Part shown: positions 36,897 through 50,670 of the stretch, piece by piece
Position numbering within the stretch: the first letter of the stretch is position 1
Layout: each line of letters begins with the position of its first letter
NCBI GenBank assembly: GCA_951406725.2
Contig: OX597825.1
Coordinates: forward strand, 33,294,001-33,358,000
DNA length: 64,000 nt
Source of the DNA: Octopus vulgaris
Lineage: Eukaryota
Direction: 5' to 3'
Made by a program: the position numbers and the translations under genes
Notes under the pieces: generated by a model
What the model was told of the DNA's origin: nothing
What the model saw: the letters and a program-made list of their open reading frames with translations, nothing else
The model's database searches: none

Positions 36897-38639
36897 ACGT
36901 TGGTGAATTGCAAATGGTTGGCCTGACATAATTAGTAGGCCTAGCATACTGCCCTGTTTGATGCCATCATTAACTGGATGTGTAATGTTAACCTACATGA
37001 ACAATAGAATAAGTGAACTTGGAGAACAGTTGAATATCAAAAACATTGGTTGACGTATGTCAAAAAAATCACTGTCATGGTATAGACATTTGATGAGTGT
37101 TGGGTAAAACAAAAGTATCAAGTGTATGTCTGTTTGCATGCAAATGTTTTTGCCAGTGTACACCATCTGTTAGTTTGATGTTCAGAATGTATAATTCTTG
37201 GTTGCTTGTTTAGTTGTTGTTGCTCAAGTAAGCATAGGCCTATATTGGAAGTCATTCTTGATTTGCCAGAAAAATAGCAGCAAAATCTTCATTGCTTCAC
37301 AGTATGTTTTCCTAGAAAAGGACACATCAGGCAATGTAGTCCTGGTTTTATAGCACATAGAAAAAGATGGGAAAGTCATAATCAACTGAAATGGTTTTCC
37401 TCTCTCTTATTATATGAATCTCTTGCTCTCGCCCTCTCTGAACACACACACTCGTACATACACACACACAACACATACATGCATTCACATATCTTAGACA
37501 CACACACACACACCTTCTCTCACTTCATTTGGAGATGAGAATCTGTAACTAAAGAAAAGATTTCCTCAACATAACAGGGAGCATCCTTTCTCCCCTGGGG
37601 CTCATAATTATCAACTCTAATTCCATGAAGAACTATACTCCCTACAATAGCATGTCATATCCACCAGTTACAAAAGCCGTTTGATTGTACCGTTGCCAAC
37701 AAAGAAATACCAGGTTAATTAACTTCAGACCATTAGCTATAAACATCCTGGAAAGACTACTTTGATTCTTGCTGACCTATATGCAATTGTATAGTAAACA
37801 ACCTTTGCTTACCCAAAGGGAGATTATTCCATTTCTGTGTATCACCTATGCACCCTTCTACTGCTAACACCCAACTACAATTATATCAAACACACTTATG
37901 CACAATACATGAATCAGTAACATGATTTTCCAGGCACACTATTATACTTATATGTAATCAGACATCACTTGACCAGTTACCTCATCACATAGAACAAAGG
38001 TATGTTCCATTCAGTTCCTTCCCATCCCTACCAGGCATCATTAAAATAGCAAATCCTTTGGGTAATAAACTAGCTGGCTTTGTTAGACTGTCCTCTCCAC
38101 CACCTACAACCATAAATAGGGTTATCTGTTATAATTGTTTTTCTAGTTTATTTAGTCAATTGATCTGATCAATAGGGGCCCTTAATAGTCTCACTTAAAA
38201 GCTATTTCTATTTGTCCTCATTATGGCCCTAGACATCTGATAAATTCACCTGTTATCTATAAGTACAAAAATCTTCGAGTAATGTAGGACTGGCTAATCC
38301 TCTTACAAAACTCCCACAACATGTTTTGAGTTTTATTTTCTTTTGTTTGTACTCATACAACATATTGAGGTGTGTGTATGTGAATGTGTGTGTTTGTGTT
38401 TGATGTAATTGATTTGGGAAGTGAAAGATTTAGAAGCAAATTTAATTTCTATTTGAAATTCACAAATATTTAATATGAAGATAATATTTTTCAAATGGCA
38501 TAAATTGTACATAAAATTTATATAATATTATAAAATGAAATTTCTGATGAAAATAACAAGCTAAAAATAATAATAATAATAATAATAATGATAATGGTGA
38601 TAAGACTCTTCAATTTCCAATAATGTCATTTCAAATGAG

Positions 38640-39217
38640 AACTGTGCATATAAATATGTAAACATACAAACATGCATTGATATAGGAACACACATGTGAT
38701 GACACGTGCAGATACAAAAGGACAGATACATCTACAGACATAGAAATACATACAGACATATAAACATAAATGGTCAGATACACACATATACTTAGAAACA
38801 TATATACATGCACAGGTATAGAAATATAGATACACACAGTACATATACATATAGAATCATTGACAAAGAAACACTGATATACACATACATACACATGGAA
38901 ACACAAATACATACACATAAACATAGGAACATATTCAGACACATACACAGACAGTGGAACACAAATACACATGCTGATATAGACATACAAACATCCATAG
39001 ATATTGAAACACAAATACACACAGACTTAGAAACAGGGATGCACACATATACATAGAAACATGTACATCATACACATCTAGACATGGAGACACGAATATA
39101 CACACAGACATACACACACACTCATACACAGGCAATGCAGGCATAAAAGTAAACATACACATGCGCATGAACACACACATGCAGACACACACATGTAAGC
39201 GTACACACACTCACACA
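38640..39217. repeat. Degenerate (CA/TA)-rich low-complexity tract
   Basis: Purine-pyrimidine alternation over about 580 bp. Confidence 0.85.
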
Positions 39218-39526
39218 CAGGGCTGGATTTATAGGAGTGTGGAGGGGGCAATTACTCTGAGCATCTGATGACACTGTGGGTCTCCTGCTACGAAAGGAAT
39301 GTAGGACTCAATAAAGGTTGACCCCCACCTCCCAGAAATCAGGCATGAAGAGGCCCTCTTTCAATATGCAAAGATATTTTGACTTCTTAAAAAATGTAAT
39401 GGATTCTTTTTTTTATGACAAATAAACATAGCTTTCGCCACCTTAGAGACATCAATTAATTCATTTCCACCCCCAAAGCAATTTACAATTCCCAAGGGAC
39501 AACGACAGGAAGGGAGACTCCTGAAA

Positions 39527-39602
<76 letters not shown>

Positions 39603-39739
39603 GTATGAATGCATGAATGTATATAAAGATAAAGAGATTGAGAGAAAGAATTATTAATGTCTCTTGGTCAGATTCCTTCTTTCAATACATCACTGAACAA
39701 CTACCTTGGCTTGACTAATCACAATTAAAGGCACACACA

Positions 39740-39834
<95 letters not shown>

Positions 39835-41185
39835 TTCTGTTTCTAAACTTATTTCAGGGAGGCATTGGGAACTGGTCTTATTTTATGAAACAAGTAAAGA
39901 AAGAAATATCCCAAAATTTAAATTTTGAATTTAGTTTTGACTACAAAATTACATCTCTCAACAGCTAAAGGCATTCTTTTTCGGTTTTAGAATTATTGCA
40001 TTTATATTCAAATGTTTTTGATTAATTCAAACCATTTTTCTTTCTTCTTTTTCCTATATTTTTCATCATTCTGTGAAACACTTGAAATTACTATATGGAA
40101 GTGGGGCAAAATTGGTAATTGATCGAAAGGAATAGTTTCTAATTTCTTGTCATTTTCTCCCTACCTGTTTGAAACCATTACATTGCAATGATTGCATCCC
40201 CATTTTGTACCTTTGCATCATCTTTAGGAGTAAAAATTGGTTAGTATAGTTTACAGAGTTGTTGATTAATTTGAGAGTTTGAAACACAGGTAACAGGTAC
40301 GTTTTCTCAAGAAATTTTTCTTCAAATTTGACCCGACTGTAATTGAGATTGCTAATAGAATATCTGGATAATTTTTGGTGTCTAACCATCAATATTCTTT
40401 TCTCAGTTTGATTCTAAATCAGTTTATTTCCCCCAAGCTAATGTCTAATTTGATAATCTTCAAGTTTAAAAAAAAAATTGTCTGTATCAGGCAAAATGAG
40501 TAATGACTCATTTTAGTAATTATTTCTCTTTAACTGCATGGAGCACGAATAATTATAGAAGAAAGCTACTCCAGCAGATTGTGAAGAAGCTATAGAGAAT
40601 ATTTTATGTTGAATTTTTAGATTTAGTTGTGTTTCATTAATTTCATGTCATCTGCTTTTCTTCCACAATCCTCTTTCATTTGACCAAAATATTAAACATT
40701 TTTGTTGCACTTTTGATCTATCTGATGTCTAAGGATGGATGTTTATGTGTATAAGTATTTTCTCAAATGTAATTCTGATGTACTAGAGAAGCAAATTAAC
40801 TTTATCTTGTCTAACCCATTTTGCCCCGCCTAAATTTGTTTTTCATATGCTTAAAGAGAACAGTGATAATTTTCTGAAATAGTGTTCTGAATATATTTTA
40901 GGTTTTACAGCATTTAGAGAACGTCTTTACTTAGGTGGTGTAGTTTTGGCAAGGTAGTGAACATTTGTAAAAAATATGTTTCTTCAAAGTCCAAAATGCA
41001 GTAAATATTACTCATTGTGACCACCTATCCCTACTGGAAACTGGAAAAGCAGATTTCCAGAAATAGCTATTTGAATTTTCCATTTTTTGTTGGGATTTCC
41101 GCCCACATTTTTTTTCATACATTGCAAAACAATGAAGAGAAGCCGTTTTAAAAGAATAATTTTTTAAATCCATGTGAGTGCGCGT

Positions 41186-41251
<66 letters not shown>

Positions 41252-41254
41252 ACA

Positions 41255-41297
<43 letters not shown>

Positions 41298-41322
41298 ACA
41301 AACACACACACACACACATACG

Positions 41323-41356
<34 letters not shown>

Positions 41357-41413
41357 CACACACACACAACACACACACACACACAAACACGCACACACAC
41401 AAACACACACACA

Positions 41414-41483
<70 letters not shown>

Positions 41484-41888
41484 TCATGCTTTTAGAACAG
41501 CAACAACCACAAAAATGATTTTTTTTTCTTTGTCATAATTTTTTGTCATTTGATCTTATCTCACATTCTGAAACATTTGTAACTCGCAGTAAAAGAAAAT
41601 GATCTTACCCTTTCTTTCCTACTTTGTTGTACTTTTCACAATGAAGGAAAAGTCAAACACCTCAAGTGGCTGTGGGAAAAATGAAATTTGAATTTTGAAG
41701 TGTATCTATAAAGTGACATTTTCAGTCATTTATTTAAACTTTCTCTGCTAACTCATCAAATTCAATTACATGAAATAGATGGGGTCTGAGATTTAAATTT
41801 GGTAATTTTCTAAGATTTTAATTTTTGTGTATAAGGGACCCACCAAGCTTGAAGTACCCCCCACCCCCATGGTTTAGATCCGGTCCTG
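39218..41888. mobile_element. Non-autonomous hAT-like DNA transposon (2.67 kb)
   Basis: TIRs cagggctggattta / tagatccggtcctg (11/14) and 8-bp TSD ctcacaca / ctcataca. Contains long (CA)n tracts. Confidence 0.6.
41188..41482. repeat. ~295-bp (CA)n microsatellite
   Basis: Visible. Confidence 0.95.
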
Positions 41889-42119
41889 CTCATACACACA
41901 GACACACACATGCATGTGAATGTACATGTACTCAGGCACGTATCATCATCATCATCATCATCGTTAAATGTTTGCCTTCCATGCTGGCATGGGTGGGACG
42001 GTTTGACAGGAGCCAGCCAGTCAGAAGCTCAGGGGAGGAAGGACTGAATATGGTGGTTATTTTTATTCACATACAGTAAGAGCTGAACATACTAATTTTC
42101 TTTTCCACTAGTTGTCTTT

Positions 42120-42640
42120 AGGTGCAGGCATGGCTGTGTGGTAATAATGTTTGCTTCTCAACCATATGGTTCTGGGTTCAGTCCCACTGCATGGCACCTT
42201 CTACTATAGTCCTAAGACATTGAGGCTTCAGAAATTGAAAGAAGACTATCACACACACACTCACACAAATGTATGTATGTATACACATATATCTATGTAC
42301 ATATATGCATATATATACGTGTATATATCTATATATGTATGTGCATATAATGTGTATATATATCTATATATGGATGTGTATATAATGTGTATATATCTAT
42401 ATATGTATGTGTGTTTGTGTTGTGTTTGACCCCACCCTACTGCTCGATGACCAGTATTGGTTTGTTTATGTTCCAGTAACTTAGCAGTTCAGCAAAAAAG
42501 AAAAATCAACAGAATAAATACCAGATTTAAAAAATAAGCACTGGGGTCATTCTGTTCAACTAACTCCTTGAAGATGGTGCCCCAGCATGGCCACTGTCCA
42601 CTGACTGATGTAAGTAAAAGATAAATGATAAATAAAAGAT
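42120..42640 (+). mobile_element. SINE family A, diverged
   Basis: Family A head and tail with expanded microsatellite. Confidence 0.7.
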
Positions 42641-43659
42641 ACATTCCTAAACTCATTGTCTCTCTTTTCTAAACATTTAGATTAGTTGATAATATTGGAG
42701 TTATCTCCCTTGTGTGTTTTTCCTAAATTTCAAACCTTCTGCTATATCCCCAAGACATTGAAGCTTCGTGAATAGATTTTGCAGGGAGTTTTTCTCTGAT
42801 AAGTACAAACATAATTCAACTTCAGGTACAAGGGGGTCTGGCTGTAGTGTATTATTGAACTCACTGTGCCATATAAATGTTGAAATGGAGGAAACCTGCA
42901 CCTAAAAGACAAAAAAGTATTACAGTTTAGCTATCTGGCTGACAGAATCTGGCTTCAAAACCAAAGTTCTAACCACAGAGTTGAGTGCAAGAGATTTTGT
43001 GGACAAATCTGCATATGATGTTATGAAGCAGCTGAGAAGAGTTCCAACTTGATCTGGTCAAGGTGGAATGGAAACAAATTTCAGAAGGCATAATTTACCA
43101 TACAGTCACCTGGTCTCCTTGATTTAGTCATCCAGGTGGCTTTCAATGCAGAGTAGTATCCTGGATTCATGACTTGGTTGTGGCCTGTACCCCATAGGGT
43201 GTAAGGAGTTATGGAAGAAAAACGCTTGTGTGAGGGATGTTTCTTCTTTGAAGACCTGTTGCTCAGCTCATCTTACAGTTTTTTTACTGCATTTGTTGTA
43301 AAGCAGTCTTTTGCCACTGTTGTGTCTGTCTTTTGATGACAGTTGTCACTCTGACAGATATAGTTATATTCCGAAGTCGTCGACAGAATGTTTCTATCTG
43401 GCATTGTACAACCCCCAGTCATACAGTGTTATCCTCAATAGGTTGGATCGTTATAACGTCTACTCATTATCACAGTATAATTACTATATCAGCACAGACA
43501 TGATTATCTTCACCTTTCTGACATACACTTGACCTTTCTGACCTTCTCATGTCAACCGGCTACTGGTCTATTTATAATGGTTGGCTCCTACCACTTTTTA
43601 CTGGGAGAGTTGTACAGCTTCACTATAAAACATCTCCCTTTTTAATTTTTTTTATTGTG

Positions 43660-44063
43660 ACTGTGTGGTAAGTAGCTTGCTTATGAACCACATGGTTCCA
43701 GGTTCAGTCCCACTGCAAGGCACCTTGGGCAAGTGTCTTCTACTATAGCCTCAGGCTGACCAAAGCCTTGTGAGGGGATTTGGTAGACAGAAACTGAAAG
43801 AAGCCGGTTGTATATATGTATATATCTATATGTGTGTGTATATGTTTGTCTGTCTGTATTTGTCCCCCCAACTTTACTTGACAACCGATGCTGATGTGTT
43901 TACGTCCCTGTAACTTAGCAGTTCGGCAAAAGAGATAGATAGAATAAGTACTAGGCTTACAAAGAATAAGTCCTGGGGTTGATTTGCTCGACTAAAGGTG
44001 GTGCCCCAGCATGGCCACAGTCACATGACTGAAACAAGTAAAAGAGTAAAGAGTAAAAGAGTA
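43660..44063 (+). mobile_element. SINE family A
   Basis: Matches family A; (GAGTAAA)n tail. Confidence 0.85.
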
Positions 44064-44064
44064 A

Positions 44065-44900
44065 TCAATTTCTTTTATACACCCTCCCTCCTTTTTTTTT
44101 TTTATACATATACTCAATATCTTTTCTTCTAAGGGTCTACTTTTAGGAATTCAGTGTTCTTCTTTTTCCTTGTATGTGTGGTTTCAACTTCTTGTAAAGG
44201 TGTTGGGACCTGAAAAGTGTCATATAGCCAATCCACTGGTATTTTACTCCTGTTGGTTCCTTTTCTATGACTCTTTTGTTAAGCTGATTTCTATGTGTCC
44301 TTTCCATTCCATTTCTGCTGCTTACACCATACATCATTCTTCCTATATATGTTACAATTTCTCCTTCTTCCCAGTATTGCTTGCCATTTTTGTACATTCT
44401 TGCATATATTTTTATCACCTATTCTGAAGAATTTTTGCATGTCTTTGCTAGCACATATTTTTTTCTTTACTGGTAACAGTTTATTGAATACTGACTTTGC
44501 CTTTCTGGCAAACATTAATTCTACTGGTGAACTTCCTTCTGGCGCATTTGGGTTCAGAATTACCCTGTATACCCTTAAGAATTGTTGGGTCGCAGCCTCA
44601 TCCATGGCTCTCTTAAAGTGTCCATGGACCATTCGGCCCTTCCACTTGAACAAGGGTGGTACAGTGCTATAGTTTTGTGTTCTAACATGAACATCTAGCA
44701 GAATCTTTTAAACTCACAGAATACAAACTGTGTTCCTTTATCAGAGACAATTATATCCGGTACACCAAATCCTGCAAACAGCTCCTGTAAGAAGTTTAAT
44801 ACTGTATATGAGGTTGGTCATTTACATTTTTTACCAGGAGTGGTGTACATTTTCACTATACAACAGTTGTCAAAAATATTCATTCATTCATCCTTTGAAC
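44065..44900 (-). mobile_element. Ty3/Gypsy integrase remnant with polypurine tract
   Basis: VPDIIVSDKGTQF..EFKRFC, YHP.SSGRAE, FLRVYR...SPVELMFARK across frameshifts; PPT AAAAAGGAGGGAGGG followed by TG at about 44081. Confidence 0.8.
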
Positions 44901-47043
44901 AACCAATCCTAACCAGTCAGGACTCACAGCAGGGGTTGTACTATTCGTCTTTCCAATCACTGGATACAAAGCATGGCTCCTGAGACCTCCATTCAGATGG
45001 TTTTCCTCAGTCACCATCACACTCCTGTATGCCAGTCTGTCACAAGATTACAGCTGAGTAGACTGAAACAATGTGAAATGAAATGTTCTACCCAAGAACA
45101 CAATGTACACCCATTCTGGGAATTGAAATCATGATCTCGTGATCACGAGAGCAACACTCCTGACTATTAGGCTATGTGCCTTCACACGTTATTTGATGGC
45201 TGTTGACTCTCTTGAGTTCCTCCACCTTTTGACAGGTTTTGTTTTTTATCCCACTAGGCATCCAATAAATCACCCTCCTCATCAAGCAAGCACGATGGGG
45301 TTACCTGTTTAAATGCCAATGACCTGACCATATGACAGGTTGTACTGGGTTACATATTACTAATAGCTCTTGAGAGTGACCTGGCAGCAAGTAGTGCTTG
45401 AGAGTGACCTGATAATATTTCAAACTAAAGAAAGTGATGAGATGGCAGAATCATTAGCATGTTGGGCAAAAACAGCATTTCAATATGAATTCGCAAAAAA
45501 AAAACAAACAAAAATTGTGCTATTATCACTATGGTAACTTATAAGCAAAGTCTTCGGTTTATTACTCTATAAAATTTATATTTTAAAGAAGTTAAACTAA
45601 TCTAATACCTTTATTCCTTGATCACCCCAGCCAAAGTTAATTTTAAATACATCCCAGTGACAAATATATTATATCAATTTAAAAACAAATTAAATGATAA
45701 TAAATTTACATATCACTAAAGCTCAATAGGGGCTTTTTGTCCCTTTGAACCATCTAAGCTTTCCCACTATAAGAATCAATTTCTAATAAATAAAATAGAG
45801 ACAGTCTAATTCTCATCAAACCATTAATTCTAGCCCCAATTTAGCAGCATTAGCTAACTAGCAACTTTGCATCTGTCTTCATATTCTAAATTCAAATTCC
45901 ACCAAGATCGACTTTGCTTTTCATCTTTTTGGGGGTTGATAAAAGAAGTACCAGTTAAGTACTGGGGTTGATGTAATCGACTTACACCCTCCCCTGAAGC
46001 TGCTGGCCTTGTGCCAAAATTTGTAACCAACATTTCAGACCAAAGACTCAACTTTTGAGGAAATGCTAGTGATAATGTTTTTGAGATACTTCCCTCATTT
46101 GCTGTTTTTTATCAATTAATTGCATAATCCTAGTTAATTGAAAATTTTCAACTTGATATTTTAAATGTGAAATTATAGTTTACATAATGAAAAAATATTT
46201 CCTTTCATAAATAAACCAAAAACCTGATTTCAGCCTCTTCTCTCTTACTCTCTTTTTTTTATTCATTCTGTTCCTCATTTTCTTCTTACTCTATCCTCTC
46301 CCCCCTCTCTCTATCTTTGTTCACTCTACCCTTGCTTTTTCTTTTTACTCACTCTGTTTCTGTTTGTCTTGCTCTCTTTCTACATTTCTCATTCACTTAG
46401 ATTGTTTCTCTCACATTTTTCCTCACTCTCTTGGTCTATCTATCTCTCTATCTATCCATCCATCCATCCACCTACCTTCCTTCCTTCCTTCCTTCCTCCT
46501 CTTCCTTCCTTCCTTCTTCCTCTTTCTTTCTTCCTTTAATCTATTTGCTTCTGTCTTTGTACATTTGCATTTGACATCATCAAAGCACTTGACTATATCT
46601 CAAGAGATTTGGCATGCAAATCTCCTGACAAAACTTCCTTCATAAACTGCATCAGTGACTCATCTCTTGGAGTGGTAGCTTCAGATTGCACAATTGTGAT
46701 TATGCACTGAACTTCTCTCCCATCCACACACTGTTATCTCTGTTGAGTCCCAGACCTTTTTTTTTATCTCTGACTCTCTCCAACATGTCAAAGACCTACT
46801 TGCATCCACCTCCAACAACATTGACCATTTCTATGCAGATGGTACTGACCTTCAGTCATTCAGAACTTTCTGCATCCAAGGTTATCCACATACAACCTAG
46901 ATTCCTCACATCCAACCCGCACTGATTCCATAAAATTGGACTTCAGAAACATCCTTCATTGGGGCCCAAAAGGGAAAGAATCATAAAAATCATTATATTA
47001 TTAATTTATTAATTGCTTAATTTTAGTTCATACAAAGTGAAAG

Positions 47044-47076
<33 letters not shown>

Positions 47077-48039
47077 TTGATGTCTGTTTCCATGCTGGCA
47101 TGGGTTGGACCCTTTGACAGGAACTGACCAGCTAAAGGGCTGTTCAGGTTCCCTGTCTGTTTTGGCATGGTTTCTATGGCTGGATACCCTTCTTAATGCC
47201 AACCACTATACACAGTTTACTGGGTGCTTTTATGTAGCATCGGTATGGGTGCTTTTTATGTGGCACCAGCACCTACAAGCCCACAAGATTTAGGAATGCT
47301 CAGCTGGAGAGGGTTGCAGGGGACAAGCCTGTATGTAAGGGCAACCATGCTTTTACATAGCTTCACATATCTTTTCAAACACAGCAAATTATAGAAAATA
47401 CAAGAGTAATATATTAATTTCAAATTTTGGCACACAGCCAGCAATTTCGGGGAAGGGGTAAATTGATTACATTGACCCCAGTGATAAGATTGTACTTATT
47501 TTATCAACCCCCCCAAAAATGAAAGGTAAGGTTGAACTCAGTGGAATTTGAACTCAGAATGTGAAGATGGACAAATGGCATTAAGCCTTTTGCTCATTGT
47601 GCTAATGATTCTGCCAGCTCACTGCCTTACATGAATAATGCTTTCATTTTTGAATATACACCAACCTTTTCATTCTGAAATCAAGTCTTGTTGAGGCCAA
47701 CTTGGCCTTTCATCCTCTCAGGGTTGATAAAATAAAGCACCAGTTGAGCATTGAGGCCACATAATTGACTTGCACTCACCCCTAGGATTGTAGTCCCTGT
47801 GGAAAAACTAGAAAGAATTATTGAGTACACAAGGTGTTGAGCTGGCAGAATTATTAGAGTCAGAAAAAAGTTCTTGCAACACATGTTCTGATATTTTATG
47901 TTTTGAGTTCAAATCCTGCCAAAGTTAACATTGCTTTTCATTCAACTGGAGTTAGTGAATTATAGAAGCAGTCAAATAATCAACTGATCCCTTCTTCTCA
48001 AAATTACAACGTTGTGCTTGTATCAGAAACCATTATTAA

Positions 48040-48865
48040 CTCTTCAGCATTTAACTCTTTCACATTTAAACCAGCCATGTCTAGCCCATGTTTTATGTTC
48101 AAACTGGCCAGATCTGGCCTCTCACACCTACCTTACAATGTCATTCTGAAAATAAACAATAACATCATTAAAATCTTGAAGCTACAAGATAATGCATGAT
48201 TAATTCAAAACATTATGAATAAATAATCATTACATCATCATCATCGTTTAACGTCCGTTTTCCATGCTAGCATGGGTTGGACGGTTCGACCGGGGTAAAG
48301 GAAACCAGGAGGCTGCACCAGGCTCCAGTCTGATCTGGCAGTGTTTCTACAGCTGGATGCCCTTCCTAACGCCAACCACTCTGTGAGTGTAGTGGGTGAT
48401 TTTTACATGCCACTGGCACAGGTGCGAGGGGAGGCTGGTAACGGCCATGATTGGTTGGTGCTTTTTACGTGCCACCAACATGGAAGCCAGTCAAGGTGGC
48501 ACTGGCATTGGCCACATTCGGATGGTGCTTTTTACATACTACCTGCACAGGTATCCCAGCAACAATTTCCATTTGATTTTTTGATGTTGATGTACTTGAC
48601 TCAATAGGTCTCCTCAAGCACTTACATTTCACAAAATAATATGAACGCTAAAGGGTTAAATCAGCCATCTCTGACCCAAATATTTGAGCTGTTTCATGTT
48701 AAAACTGGCTGGATTTCATCTCTCACACCTACCCTACATGTCATTTTAAAAATAAGCGAGTGCATCATCAAAATCTCAAAAAGCTAACAGATAATGCATA
48801 ATTAATTCAAAACGATCTGAATAAATAAGTATCACATTCATCAGAGTAATCTGAATGCTAAAGAG
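48040..48865 (+). mobile_element. TTAA-flanked MITE containing a second copy of its own family (48055-48655), itself interrupted by an RTE 3'-end fragment (about 48233-48621, minus strand)
   Basis: TTAA at 48036-48039, 48051-48054, 48656-48659 and 48866-48869; TIR-like ends CTCTT/CCCTTT...AAAGGG/AAAGAG; (ATC)n-tailed insert. Confidence 0.75.
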
Positions 48866-49600
48866 TTAAATACACACTGCATTAAATTATTTTGCCTGTA
48901 AAGTATTTTAGAAATTTTTTTATTGAAAAAGCTTTAACCAAAGGAGTTTTATCCTTCTTAGCACTTCAACTGAGGGTCTTTTACTTATGGGGCAACCCTT
49001 ACTCCTGAGAGTAAGGGTTGTTGTCTCACAAGAGTTTTCTTCTGATTCTATAATTCTATAGTTAATTACTGCAGCTAGATAAAAGGATGAGATGCAGAAT
49101 CCATTCTCTGTTTTCATTCAATTTTCATATTATTTATTATTCGTGTGTAAGAAAATGTATCAATAGTTTTAATATTTAAGTCACGAAAGCATTATTTGCT
49201 TTTCTTGAGGGAAAAGGTTTGTTACATCAAAGACATATGGTTATTTGAATAAGAACTATAGATCAAAGGCATGTGCGTGTGTGTGTGTGTGAGAATATCT
49301 AAGAACTACAGTATCAAAGATTAAAAATATTTCATAATTTGTTTTAGGCAAACAAATATTTCAATGATTATATATTGCTTTACTGTTTTCTGTTTTCTAA
49401 ACATGAGATATAAGGAAATGAAACAGTGGTTCTCCATCATCATAATTGCTAACCGTTAAGGAGTTATCTGTCTGTTGAGATAGATAAATTTGATTAAATA
49501 AATGAAAATTACCCAATCATCAATATGGTTATATAAATGTCAGAAAACATTGATTAGATAAATAACAGCAATGGTGATCACAATGATGAAGATGATGACA

Positions 49601-49638
<38 letters not shown>

Positions 49639-50242
49639 AATGCCAACAATGGTGACAATAACAATGATGATGTTGATGGTAACAACAATGACAATATTGG
49701 AGGATGAGGAGGATAATGTCACATGATAGCTAAAAAGTGTTGAAGTAATTTGGTGATACAACATTAAAAAGTAAGGATCTCAAACAATGGGAATATATTT
49801 TATAGTTTGAGGAAAGAAGAAGAATCAAAGTTTTTGAGTAAAACACTTTTACTGAGTGAGAAGACACTTCTCTCTCTCCAATGAAAAGTTCTATCTGAAA
49901 CTCTTCTCTTCTTCCTCACATCATAAAATTTATTCGACTGTTTGAACTCATTTTGTGACTAGTTGCTGACAGACAACGTTACTAGTTTCCTTAGATGCTA
50001 CTATTTTATAAAAAGATTAATGAAGTTTTGAATGAAAATTTATTTATTGCTCAAAACTTGATTATTTCAATGAATTTCAATTGAATGAGTTCCCAGTTTT
50101 ACAATATTATTTGATCAATACAAACAACTGATTGGAATATAGCCACTGTTAGTGAGATATTTACAAGTTTCTCTCAGTATTTTTCTTAAAAAATTTTTTT
50201 TCTACAAAGATCACACAAAGTATTCTTAATTTCTTAAATCAT

Positions 50243-50414
50243 AGGCGTAGGGGTGGCTGTGTGGTAAGTAGCTTGCTTACCAACCACATGGTTCCCGGTT
50301 CAGTCCCACTGCGTGGCACCTTGGGCAAGTGTCTTCTACTATAGTGTCGGGCTGACCAAAGCTTTGAGAGTGGATTTGGCAGACGAAAACTGAAAGAAGC
50401 CCATAGTATATACG

Positions 50415-50445
<31 letters not shown>

Positions 50446-50670
50446 ATGTTTGTGTGTCTGTCTTTGTCCCCACCCCCAACATCACTTGACAACCGATGCT
50501 GGTGTGTTTACGTCCCGGTAACTTAACGGTTCAGCAAAAGAGACTGATAGAATAAGTAATAAGCTTACAAAGAATAAGTCCTGGAGTCGATTTGCTCAAC
50601 TAAAGGTGGTGCTCCAGCATGGCCACAATCAAATGACTGAAACAAAGAAAAGAGTAAAAGAGTAAAGAGT
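50243..50670 (+). mobile_element. SINE family A, full length
   Basis: Matches family A. Confidence 0.85.

Noticed and set aside
37540-38340. Second Penelope-like remnant
   Set aside because: Only vague similarity by eye; no unambiguous motif.
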